IMG/VR virus record: IMGVR_UViG_3300033076_001306
Coordinates: 1 to 34,657 of that record
From: a virus
Lineage: Duplodnaviria > Caudoviricetes
Reading direction: 5' to 3' (one strand)
Length of the DNA: 34,657 bases
Part shown: positions 26,939 to 34,657 of the stretch, piece after piece
Layout: every line of letters begins with the position of its first letter
Position numbering within the stretch: the stretch's first letter is position 1
Notes under the pieces: generated by a model
Database searches by the model: none
Told to the model about the DNA's origin: nothing
Seen by the model: only the letters and a program-made list of their open reading frames with translations
Translations under genes and position numbers: made by a program

Positions 26939-27427
26939 TTAGTTCTGGCAGGCGGCCAGGCGATCGAGGAACGGCTGGAATTCCGGTCCGAGGTTTTTCT
27001 GGCGGATGCTGTTGAAGCGGTTCCGGTAGGTGGTGCGGAAATCCTGGTCGCTCATGTGTTCCGCTGCCCAGAGATACCAGGGCTCGCAGTCGGTGCCGTG
27101 GATGTCGTCGGTGGGTGGAGGCGGTGGCATGTCAACGGACGGCCTCCGGAGATTTTCCTCGGCCATCTTCCGGAGTAGCGAGATCGTCGAGGAGCTCTTG
27201 GAAGACGGCGCGGCGTCCGTCACGGATGGCGGCGGCAAAGGGGTCGAGTCGTTTGCTGCCGGGGGCACGTACGAAGGCGGGGTAGTCGTATCCGCATCGG
27301 GATCGGATGGCGGCGAGAACGCGCTTTCCGTGTTCGCTTCCGAAGGTGGCGCGAAGGTCGGCGAGGTACTCGGCTCGTTCTCGAAGGATTTCGGCGTCAC
27401 GATCGGATTTTTCTTTGGTCGGGCCAT
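26939..27427 (-). CDS. hypothetical protein (start either MARPKK at 27427 or MPPPPP at 27130)
   Basis: Open frame; C-terminal WYLWAAEHMSDQDFRTTY domain; long form overlaps 27132..27437. Confidence 0.55.
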   Translation of the reverse strand: MARPKKNPIVTPKSFENEPSTSPTFAPPSEANTESAFSPPSDPDADTTTPPSYVPPAANDSTPLPPPSVTDAAPSSKSSSTISLLRKMAEENLRRPSVDMPPPPPTDDIHGTDCEPWYLWAAEHMSDQDFRTTYRNRFNSIRQKNLGPEFQPFLDRLAACQN

Positions 27428-27437
27428 GGTGGTTCAC
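27132..27437 (-). CDS. Bbp19-like post-portal protein
   Basis: TFGSEHGKRVLAAI..D..AAIRDGRRAV motif typical of small genes after podovirus portals; GTG start. Confidence 0.7.
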   Translation of the reverse strand: MNHHGPTKEKSDRDAEILRERAEYLADLRATFGSEHGKRVLAAIRSRCGYDYPAFVRAPGSKRLDPFAAAIRDGRRAVFQELLDDLATPEDGRGKSPEAVR

Positions 27438-27460
27438 TTTTCAGGGGTTGGGGGAGAATG

Positions 27461-29101
27461 TTAGGCGGTGGGAATCATTCCGCCGAGTTGCTGTAGGGCT
27501 TCCGGTCCGCCGAGGTCCTTGACGGTGGCGGCGGCTTGTTGTGCGGCCTGGGCCTGCTGGGCTTGTGCGCGGGCATCCCGCATTTGCTGGATGGCTTCCG
27601 GTGGGCGAACGAATTGCTCTGGCAGTCCCTTGGCGCGCATGAGGTAGGGCACGATCACGTCCCAGTCCATGGCGTCGAGAATGCTGGGATCGCTGGCGGC
27701 GAGGGGAAGCGTGGTGGCGAGGATGTCGTTGAGATTGGCGAGGTGGCTCTGCTCGAGGGCGAGGGCCATGGCGCTGACAAATTCCACGTGCGGATCCGCG
27801 ATGTATCCACCGAGGTCATCGAACTGGATGACGTTTTGCGGCGGTTTCGGGAATGCGCCCTGGCGGAGCAGAATCGCAAACGAACGGCGGAGCGTGGGGA
27901 TCAGGAATTCCCGGCAAAGCTGCGAGAAGATCGGGTGGAAGAGTTCACGGCTTTCCCCAAGAATGGCGCGCACCTGCTCGGCGGTGGCATCGCTGCGGAG
28001 TTGGCTGACGGCATTGAAGAGCGGGACGAAGAAAGCCTCCTCGATGGCGCGGCGCTTCTTGTCGGCGCGGGCTTCTCCCAGGTCGATTCGGGAGTTGGTA
28101 AGCCATTCTTCCGGCGGGGCGGATCCGGAAATGGGGTCGTAGCAGGTGAGGCCCATCGCGCGGAAATCGATGTCGCCTTTGATGTTGCTGCCGTATCGGA
28201 CACGGGGGAAGAGGGCGAGCTCGGTTCCGGTGTCGAGCATCTGCTCGAGGACGTTGGCCTGATTGGCCTCCGGCAGGGCGGCATACGCGGGACTCCAGCC
28301 ATAGGGGGAATCTCCCCAGGTGGCCCATCGGGAACAAGCGATCGGCATTTCATCAAAACCCGATTCGTGAAGGATGTGGGCGTCGTCCTTGAGGATGTGG
28401 AACGAGGCAAATGGCTTGTTCTTGGCGTCCTGGGCGCGCGGGTCGCGATCTTCCCGAGGGAAAACCATGTGCACGATCTTGAGCTTTTGCTGGGCCGTCT
28501 TCGGGTCCTTCAGTTTCTCATTGATGGAGGGAGGCAAGCGGTCCGGAAAAGCCTCCTGGATCTGAACGGGGGTCCATTCGTAGGTCCGGGAAATGGTGGT
28601 GATTTCCCCCATGGAGTTTTCCTCCACTGAGTAGGTGCCAACCGGGAAGGCGCGGAAATGGAGGCCTTGGCGATCGAGGGATTCCGTGATCTCGGTGGTG
28701 GCGATTCCAAAGGCTCCCCGGTCGAGGTAGTGCTCCTGCGCTTTCGAGTAGAAATTCGACGAGGCGAGTTTGGAGGCGAGAATTTCGGAACAGACCTGAT
28801 ACCAGGAAACGGCGGACGCGTTTTGTGCCAGGTTGGGCGGCGGCCGGAGGACCATCCACCGCGCGCCCATTGGCGTGATGCGGGATGCCTGGCCATTGGC
28901 GAGGATGTTGTTGGCCCGCATGGCGGTCCCGTCGAAGCTCTCGGCGAGCTTGGAACGGTCCGGCGTGTCGGACTTCACGTTGATCATTCCCCGGCGTGGG
29001 TGGATCACGTCGGCAAGCTCCTGCCACAGTGGATCCCACTGTTGACGCCCCTGATCGAGGAGCGCGGCTTTCTGCAGCAGCTTTTCGGCCAGTGATTCCA
29101 T
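27461..29101 (-). CDS. portal (head-tail connector)
   Basis: WDPLWQELAD..P, FDGTA, SNFY, GFDEMP..RW..SPYGWSP, ATAEQV. Confidence 0.92.
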   Translation of the reverse strand: MESLAEKLLQKAALLDQGRQQWDPLWQELADVIHPRRGMINVKSDTPDRSKLAESFDGTAMRANNILANGQASRITPMGARWMVLRPPPNLAQNASAVSWYQVCSEILASKLASSNFYSKAQEHYLDRGAFGIATTEITESLDRQGLHFRAFPVGTYSVEENSMGEITTISRTYEWTPVQIQEAFPDRLPPSINEKLKDPKTAQQKLKIVHMVFPREDRDPRAQDAKNKPFASFHILKDDAHILHESGFDEMPIACSRWATWGDSPYGWSPAYAALPEANQANVLEQMLDTGTELALFPRVRYGSNIKGDIDFRAMGLTCYDPISGSAPPEEWLTNSRIDLGEARADKKRRAIEEAFFVPLFNAVSQLRSDATAEQVRAILGESRELFHPIFSQLCREFLIPTLRRSFAILLRQGAFPKPPQNVIQFDDLGGYIADPHVEFVSAMALALEQSHLANLNDILATTLPLAASDPSILDAMDWDVIVPYLMRAKGLPEQFVRPPEAIQQMRDARAQAQQAQAAQQAAATVKDLGGPEALQQLGGMIPTA

Positions 29102-29289
29102 TAGCCGAGGGTGTTCTGGGTCCCTGCCGGAGTGCTTCCCATGGGCGCTGCCAGGAGCGTCTTGGAGAAGTCATAGCGTTTCCGCTCGCGCTTCTTGGCA
29201 TCGATCGCGGCCTGGGCCTGGTCGGCACCGGTGGCAGACACGGGTGGCGGGGGTGGAGGCGGTGGCGGGGGTGCTTTGGAAGATCCCAT
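29101..29289 (-). CDS. small Pro-rich pre-portal virion protein
   Basis: MGSSKAPPPPPP...KTLL...TLG, coupled to portal (TAATG). Confidence 0.7.
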   Translation of the reverse strand: MGSSKAPPPPPPPPPPVSATGADQAQAAIDAKKRERKRYDFSKTLLAAPMGSTPAGTQNTLG

Positions 29290-29296
29290 TTCCGCC

Positions 29297-29341
29297 AATG
29301 TAGGGCGGCGCTATGGGTGCAGTCGCTTGAACAGGTGGCGA
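29297..29341 (-). promoter_or_regulatory. late promoter motif copy 5
   Basis: TTGAACAGGTGGCGA at 29327-29341 inside the upstream gene; TACATT 24 nt away and 7 nt before ATG. Confidence 0.7.
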
Positions 29342-29667
29342 AGTTCCACGCGGTGGAGGCGGTTGTTTCGGCGCTGGAATGTGAGGGTCCCGACGCAATG
29401 CTCGGCGGCATCGTTCAAGAGTGCGCCAAGCGGTCCGGCCGCTGCCCAGACGTGGAATTCCGCATCGGCACCGGCGCATGGGAACGGGATCAAGGCCGGG
29501 TGTTCGTGGTCCGGCGCGCGGCTTGGCACCCATCGACCCATGAAAAACACGGCATGCGAGGCATAGACCACGCCATGCTGGAGGTGGAAATCCAGTGCGG
29601 CAGTCCATGGAATGTGGGGAGGCCCGTCCCGATGATAGGCTTTGAAGGCACGGAGGTAGGGGGTCAT
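29311..29667 (-). CDS. hypothetical protein downstream of terL
   Basis: MTPYLRA... start overlaps the terL stop (ATGA). Confidence 0.65.
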   Translation of the reverse strand: MTPYLRAFKAYHRDGPPHIPWTAALDFHLQHGVVYASHAVFFMGRWVPSRAPDHEHPALIPFPCAGADAEFHVWAAAGPLGALLNDAAEHCVGTLTFQRRNNRLHRVELRHLFKRLHP

Positions 29668-31238
29668 CGTCTTGCGCGGGGGTGTCCGACTGCGCGGGGT
29701 TTTTCTGTTATGGTTCCACCGTCGAGGAGGCCCAGGTGGCGGGCTTCTCCGAAGGTGCGGAAGGCATCGGCGGAGTGTGAGAAGAGATCGTGTTTCGGCA
29801 TTTCCCGGAGGGTGGTGCCGGCGGGGTTGAGGTGCTTCGAGTAGCCTTCCAGGCAGGCGATGCCGGAGGGCATTTCCTCCCCGTTCTTTTCCCGGGCCGT
29901 GTCGCAATGGGTCTTGTGGAACCAACAATGCGGGAGGACGTCGCGGGTGTGGCCGATCCCGATCCACACGTCCGGCGTGCGGGGCACGATGACGCAGTTG
30001 GTGAGGCCGCATTCCTGGAGGGTCTGGAGGAAGCTCTTGCCGTCGTTGGGCGAGCGCTTGGCAGCATCGTGCGGGAGGAAGTTCTTGGTGATCGGCCGGC
30101 GATACTTGGCTTCCCAGGTGCGGATCTGGTCGACGTGGGCACCGGCGGACACTCCCTCGGTCTCGAACCAGTCGAGGACCAGGAAAAAGCGGCCGACCTG
30201 CTGGATGAGCCATTTGGCGCACTGGTCGCTCATGCCAAGGTCCCAGAAGGTGTAGAGCGGTTCGGCGAGTTCCTGGCCGAAGTCGCAGATTCGACCGGCG
30301 GCGCGGAGGTCCGCCATTTCGGTGCCGTAGATGGCGCCTTCCGCGATGGCCTCGAAGGCTTCGCCGGGGGTGGAGGGGAATTCTTTTTTCATGCCGTGGC
30401 CTTGTTCGGCTTGCTTGCGGTCGTACCAGAAAAGCTGGGGTAGGGTAAGGCGGACGCCGATCTCGCGGTGGAGCTTGTCCCCGTAGGCGAGGATTTCCGG
30501 GCGGATGGGTTGGTTGGTGTGGTCGAGCTGATAGCGGGGATCGTCATACCAGGGGAAGAAGTGGAAGCGGGAATCGATCTTCGACAGGGTGGCCGGATCC
30601 TGACGCATGGCGGCGGTCATGAGGCGGTAGTTGATTCCTACCTTTCCTCCTTCGTGGGTCGTCTCGATGTTCCGGATGTTTCCCGGGGTCATGGAGTTGA
30701 AGGCTCCGTTGACGATTTCCGTGGCCTTTTTTGGGGCCCAGATGGCGGTCTTTCCAAGCTCGGAAACGAGGAGGCGCTGGGGTGTGGATCCGCGGAGGGA
30801 AGTGGAGCATTTGGCGACGGAACCATTGGAGAAGGTGATCTGTTCAGTGTTGATCGAGGCCTGCACGGCCTGTTTGATGATCTTGCCGAGTCGCCAGGTG
30901 TCCGGGTGGATTTCCGGATCATCGAGCCGATCGTAGCACAGGCCCATCATGGCGAGCTTTGATTTCGCATCGTCGAGGGTGTAGTCGATGATGCCCGCGG
31001 TGAGGCCGGACTTGGAGAAAATCAGGTCGTCGGTGTAGAGGGGTCCGGCAATGAAGGTGGAGAATCCCAGTTTCCGCGCCTTGAGGACGTGGTTGCAATA
31101 CCAATAATTGTCGTAGAACCGGCGCTGGGCGAGGTTCGGCCTGAACTTCGTGAGGTTTCCATCGGCATCCCGGATCGTGTAGAGGTTGGAAATCCTCCAT
31201 TCACGGGATGCAAGCGGGGTCTGACGAAGGTCGAGCAT
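29664..31238 (-). CDS. terL: terminase large subunit
   Basis: LKARKLGFST (Walker A), LLVSELG, ETT, FFPWY, WDLGMSD, LPHDA, HD..SHSADAFR. Confidence 0.93.
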   Translation of the reverse strand: MLDLRQTPLASREWRISNLYTIRDADGNLTKFRPNLAQRRFYDNYWYCNHVLKARKLGFSTFIAGPLYTDDLIFSKSGLTAGIIDYTLDDAKSKLAMMGLCYDRLDDPEIHPDTWRLGKIIKQAVQASINTEQITFSNGSVAKCSTSLRGSTPQRLLVSELGKTAIWAPKKATEIVNGAFNSMTPGNIRNIETTHEGGKVGINYRLMTAAMRQDPATLSKIDSRFHFFPWYDDPRYQLDHTNQPIRPEILAYGDKLHREIGVRLTLPQLFWYDRKQAEQGHGMKKEFPSTPGEAFEAIAEGAIYGTEMADLRAAGRICDFGQELAEPLYTFWDLGMSDQCAKWLIQQVGRFFLVLDWFETEGVSAGAHVDQIRTWEAKYRRPITKNFLPHDAAKRSPNDGKSFLQTLQECGLTNCVIVPRTPDVWIGIGHTRDVLPHCWFHKTHCDTAREKNGEEMPSGIACLEGYSKHLNPAGTTLREMPKHDLFSHSADAFRTFGEARHLGLLDGGTITEKPRAVGHPRARR

Positions 31239-31268
31239 TCCTTGTTATGGCAACTGGAGTTTCAGGAA

Positions 31269-31664
31269 TTAGATGTTCGGTGGACCCTTGCGGGCGGCTT
31301 TCCGGTCGCGTTTCCGCTGGGCCGCCGCCATCCGCTCCAGGTCGGCGTCTGTCTTCGGTCGCTTGGGGTCATGGCGTATCGACGCGGATGACGGGCCACC
31401 ACCGGGCAAGCCGAAGGTTCCGGCCATCGCCATTGCTCCGGCGATGAATGCCAGCGCGGGCAGTCGCGAGCGGCGGACGAGGGGCGGCTCGGGTGCTTCG
31501 TATTCGACGTGCGCCGTGTTGATCGTGATGCCGCGCTCGGGCGGCTCGACGACCACGACGGGGCTTGCGGGCCGGTTGGCCATTGCTGCGACGACGGAGG
31601 CCGTCATCGTGGTCCTTCCATGGTCCACGTGGCCGATCATTCCGATATTGAGGTGAGGCTTCAT
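31269..31664 (-). CDS. EF-Tu N-terminal mimic protein (cassette-borne)
   Basis: [22 protein letters not shown]...[14 protein letters not shown] matches the EF-Tu P-loop and effector region; rest unrelated (hydrophobic segment, basic tail). Confidence 0.8.
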   Translation of the reverse strand: MKPHLNIGMIGHVDHGRTTMTASVVAAMANRPASPVVVVEPPERGITINTAHVEYEAPEPPLVRRSRLPALAFIAGAMAMAGTFGLPGGGPSSASIRHDPKRPKTDADLERMAAAQRKRDRKAARKGPPNI

Positions 31665-31680
31665 AGGTAGGTTCAAAGAC

Positions 31681-31767
31681 ACCGAACAAGGGCGGGGAGG
31701 CGATGCCGGTCAGCCGTTATCGGGTAGCGAGCCCTCGGGCGGCAACGCCTCCCGACCAGCGCTCACT
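31681..31767 (+). mobile_element. attC-like site 4 (solo cassette 31276-31761)
   Basis: ACCGAAC-AAGGG-CGG(G)GAGG-CG-ATGCCG...CGGCAA-CG-CCTCCCG-ACCAGC-GCT; CACCGAAC (31680-31687) complements GTTCGGTG (31275-31282). Confidence 0.7.
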
Positions 31768-32269
31768 GCAGCGGTGCCCGCGGCAGAGAATCGGCACTGC
31801 CGAGGCTGCGAATGGCGTCAACAAGTTGCTGGGCGGTGGTGTTTTCGGGAGAAGATGCGTCGAGTTCATTGTCGAGCTGGATGGCTTTCAGCGGGTCGAG
31901 CTTTTCGATCCGCATGGAGGAGGAGGTTTCGGATTCGTTGGTGGAGTGGGATTTGATCAGGTCGCCATTGGGGTCGTCCTGATTGGTGGGATCGAGCTTG
32001 GCGAGGGGCACGCGTACCACGCGGGCGAGGAAACGGCGCTTTTCCTGGATCGTGAGAAGGGACTCGTCGGCCGCTTTTTTCTGGAGGGCAAGGATGTAGG
32101 CCTCCACCTCGGGGTTTTTCCGGAGGCGCTTGGCGTTCTGGAGGGCGCTGGTGCGCTTGCATTGGAATCCTGCGGCCATGTAGGCGTCGACGAGCGTCGA
32201 GCCCTTGAGGAGCACGTCGGCGAAACGCTGGTGGCGTGGATCGCGCGGGATGGGGATCTCGTCAGACAT
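31763..32269 (-). CDS. terS: terminase small subunit
   Basis: RHQRFAD..AYMAAGF..AKRLRKNPEVEAYI..LTIQEKRRFLA..KLDPLKAIQL. Confidence 0.85.
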   Translation of the reverse strand: MSDEIPIPRDPRHQRFADVLLKGSTLVDAYMAAGFQCKRTSALQNAKRLRKNPEVEAYILALQKKAADESLLTIQEKRRFLARVVRVPLAKLDPTNQDDPNGDLIKSHSTNESETSSSMRIEKLDPLKAIQLDNELDASSPENTTAQQLVDAIRSLGSADSLPRAPLQ

Positions 32270-32651
32270 GGCTGGCAAGGCGGTTGAGGATGCGCTGGAT
32301 CTTGGCGGTGCCGGCGTCGTTCAGATGGATGGCGACGAGCTGGCCGGTGTAATAGGTCTCGAACCAGGGATTGCGGATGATCTGATTCCGAATGGCGTGA
32401 TAGGAGAGGGCGATGCGGGTGGAAAGCAGGACGATTGAAATGGGTTCCGTAGCGGTGCGCAGGGCGCTCATGATCGACCAGGTGGTGAATGCCACGTTTT
32501 CGGCGACCAGTGCGGCCTGGAGCGCTTCGGTCATGGCGGCGAGGGAAAGCTCCCGGAGGCGGTTCTTGTCGCGCTCCGGAGCTTTCTTGACGGCGGCCTC
32601 CCGAATGGCTTCGACCGCTTTCTCGGGGAAAAGTTCAAGTTGGCGACTCAT
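32262..32651 (-). CDS. putative winged-helix protein, candidate late activator
   Basis: Start MSRQLELF; TWSIMSALR..PISIVLLSTRIALSYHAIRNQI..IHLNDAG resembles wHTH; last gene before terS. Confidence 0.5.
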   Translation of the reverse strand: MSRQLELFPEKAVEAIREAAVKKAPERDKNRLRELSLAAMTEALQAALVAENVAFTTWSIMSALRTATEPISIVLLSTRIALSYHAIRNQIIRNPWFETYYTGQLVAIHLNDAGTAKIQRILNRLASHV

Positions 32652-32949
32652 GGGTGGCGAGGGGGTAGAGGTGCTCGAGGATCTGGCGGTGGAGGGATTG
32701 GAAATGGGCATCATTGGCCAGTCTGTAGGTGACCTGGTGGAGCATGTAGTGAACGGAGGAGGGTTCGGTCTTGGCCAGGCGGAGCGCGATGTCGACATTG
32801 GACCAATGGGGATTTTCCTGACGGAGAATCCACGCGACGAGCCAACGCGCCCAGGTGATGCGACGGGTTTTCACCGGACTGAGAATTTCCTCCCGGGTGA
32901 CGTCGGTCACGGCGGTGACGGCTTCAAAGATTTGGGCGGTGGTGATCAT
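32635..32949 (-). CDS. DnaA C-terminal-domain (HTH) protein
   Basis: IFEAVTAVTDVTREEILS..RRITWARWLVAWILR..VDIALRL..SSVHY. Confidence 0.75.
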   Translation of the reverse strand: MITTAQIFEAVTAVTDVTREEILSPVKTRRITWARWLVAWILRQENPHWSNVDIALRLAKTEPSSVHYMLHQVTYRLANDAHFQSLHRQILEHLYPLATHESPT

Positions 32950-33671
32950 GTGGAGGCGAAGAGATCAATGATTTCCGTGCGATCAATGAGGCGGCCGATG
33001 ATGGGGGCGGCGTTGTGCTTTGAGAGAGAGACGGCCATTTCTTCCGGGTGGCAGTTGGCGGACCACAGGATGGGGAGCTGGTGGTTTTTCCGGTGGTCGA
33101 GGAGGCTGAAGAAATGCCGTTCCATGGATGGGCCCCAGGTGTTTTTTCCGATGTCATCGATGATGAGGACGCTGGAATGGAGACAGGCGGCAAGGTGTTC
33201 CGCCGCCAATGTGGCGCGGACGGAGTCCCTGGCTGATCGATCCTCCGCGTAGGTTTGGAAACGCACGGCATCCGTCCAGAAAACCCTGAATCCCTGACGG
33301 ATGAGTTTGTTGGCCTTGAGGGCGAGGACGCGGGTCTTGCAGCGGCCGGATGGGCCGATGAGGCCCAGCCATTGGTTCTGGGTGACAGACCATCCGGAAA
33401 CCGCTGCCCACAGGTTGGTATTGAACTCGGGGTGGTGGATGGAGGTCTGACGAAGATCTGGCGGAATGATGGCGCGGATGGCGGAAATGAATTCCTCCTC
33501 GCGGCGCTCCGCGGCTTCCTCGGCATCCTGGCGTTTCTGGATGTCCTCGCATTCTGCGCAGAAACGTCCAATGAGGCGCCCGAAGTCGCGCCCTCCGATC
33601 TGGATGGGCTCGTAGGCCGTGGGCGTGCCACAGCGGGAACAGGGCTTCATAGCAGTGGCGGCGGTGCTCAT
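32946..33671 (-). CDS. DnaC/IstB-like helicase loader ATPase
   Basis: CxxC..CxxC, GPSGRCKT, VLIIDDIG, LLDHR..WSAN, IIGRL. Confidence 0.85.
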   Translation of the reverse strand: MSTAATAMKPCSRCGTPTAYEPIQIGGRDFGRLIGRFCAECEDIQKRQDAEEAAERREEEFISAIRAIIPPDLRQTSIHHPEFNTNLWAAVSGWSVTQNQWLGLIGPSGRCKTRVLALKANKLIRQGFRVFWTDAVRFQTYAEDRSARDSVRATLAAEHLAACLHSSVLIIDDIGKNTWGPSMERHFFSLLDHRKNHQLPILWSANCHPEEMAVSLSKHNAAPIIGRLIDRTEIIDLFAST

Positions 33672-34510
33672 GAGTGGGTGGAGTTGAGGATCTTGACGGT
33701 GGAGGCCTTCCGGCCGCCGAGGTCGAGCGGGGCCGGTTGCTCGCCATTCCGATCTCCGGCGCGGAGCCAGGTCTGCGGATCGTCCTGCCAGCGTTTTTCC
33801 CGGAAGAAACGGTAGGCCCCGAGGACGAACTTGTTGTTGTGCGCGGAGGGGAGCTGGGCGATCACGGCGGCGATCGCGCGGGTGCCGGCGAGCATGGCCT
33901 CCGGATCTGCTCCGGCCTCAAGCTGGGCGAGGACCTCGAGGAGGCAGCGCTCGGAATCCTCGCGGCGAGGGTAGGCGGCGACGATCGAGTGAGCGTGACG
34001 GGAATGATCCGGCTGGTCCTGCTCTTCTTCTTCTGAAGAAATACCCTTACCCTTACCCTTACCCTTACCCTTACCCCTTTGATGCCCTTGGGAGGGCTTG
34101 GTGATTTCACTGATTTCAGAGGCGAGTTTTTGGAGCTCCGGATTGGCTTCGAAGAAAGCCCTTCGAAGGGCTTCGCTCATTCCCAACGCATGTTTGACCG
34201 CGCCGATGACGATCTTGTTGTGGGTTGAAACTGCGCCGTTCTTTGAGCATTGGTGGCGGACGTAGTTCCGGATGAAGATGGTGCCGTCCTCCAGGGTGTG
34301 AATGGAATTTGTGAAGCCCTTGCAAGCCCTTCCAAGGGCTTCGAAGGGGATGCCTGTTTCAAACTCGAACCAGCGTTTCTCCGGACGGCAGAATCCGCAG
34401 AGATCCAGCCGGGAGTTGGTCATGAGCCAGAGAATGGCGAGCTTTTCCTCGGGAGAAAGTGCTCCGACGCGATCATCGGACCAGAAGATGGATTTGACTT
34501 GGGAGTGCAT
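33668..34510 (-). CDS. phage replication initiator (O-like)
   Basis: FWSDDRV..KLAILWLMTN N-terminus, GK repeat linker, AYPRR..FFREKRWQD C-terminus; upstream of loader; internal iterons. Confidence 0.75.
   Translation of the reverse strand: MHSQVKSIFWSDDRVGALSPEEKLAILWLMTNSRLDLCGFCRPEKRWFEFETGIPFEALGRACKGFTNSIHTLEDGTIFIRNYVRHQCSKNGAVSTHNKIVIGAVKHALGMSEALRRAFFEANPELQKLASEISEITKPSQGHQRGKGKGKGKGKGISSEEEEQDQPDHSRHAHSIVAAYPRREDSERCLLEVLAQLEAGADPEAMLAGTRAIAAVIAQLPSAHNNKFVLGAYRFFREKRWQDDPQTWLRAGDRNGEQPAPLDLGGRKASTVKILNSTHS
34042..34350. repeat. putative replication origin: AAGCCCTT iterons and TACCCT tandem repeat
   Basis: About 6 TACCCT copies at 34042-34076; AAGCCCTTCGAAGGGCTT palindrome at 34156-34173; 10-bp-spaced AAGCCCTT/AAGGGCTT at 34314-34350; variants at 34082-34099. 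Confidence 0.65.
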
Positions 34511-34531
34511 GGGTGTGTTGGGAAATGGGGG

Positions 34532-34657
34532 TTAGTCCTCGCGGATGATGGTGACGGACTCGGAAAGGTCTTCGACTACCAGCGGCTTGCAGCCTGCGGC
34601 GCGCATGCTGTTGTTGATCGTCTCGCGAAGGGGATTGGTGCGTGGGCGGTCGACCAC
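34532..34657 (-). CDS. 3' end of hypothetical protein (truncated by window)
   Basis: Open frame ...TNPLRETINNSMRAAGCKPLVVEDLSESVTIIRED-stop. Confidence 0.4.
   Translation of the reverse strand: MVDRPRTNPLRETINNSMRAAGCKPLVVEDLSESVTIIRED

Noticed and set aside
31269-31682. Functional EF-Tu/GTPase (tuf)
   Set aside because: Only about 55 aa are similar; it lacks switch II, NKxD and domains 2-3, and the P-loop Lys is replaced
34042-34076. Telomere-like or CRISPR repeat
   Set aside because: Short in-frame hexamer run within the initiator gene; no spacers or cas genes anywhere in the window

Overview
This window is most of a GC-rich temperate podovirus-like phage genome. It appears to be the free (attP-intact), circularly permuted form; the host may be Verrucomicrobia-like, which is a weak inference. 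From left to right it holds: leftward early genes (including rusA, HTH proteins and a Cro-like gene), a divergent repressor, a tyrosine integrase with an attP core matching a tRNA(Leu)-type 3' end, a lysis module, and an SGNH protein. Next come a 2643-aa polyvalent internal virion protein, a tmRNA plus tRNA(CAT) pair, ejection and tail proteins, capsid, scaffold, portal, terL/terS, and a DnaA_C/DnaC/initiator replication module with iterons. Four features stand out. (1) Integron-type attC-like sites bound gene cassettes that lie in inverted orientation, as an array at 1-1215 and a solo cassette between terL and terS, with no integron integrase visible. (2) The solo cassette encodes a short EF-Tu mimic with the P-loop and the RGITI effector loop. 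(3) A complete tmRNA whose tag ends in LPA sits next to an atypical initiator-like tRNA. (4) A five-copy motif at fixed distance from late genes suggests activator-dependent, mostly leaderless late promoters.
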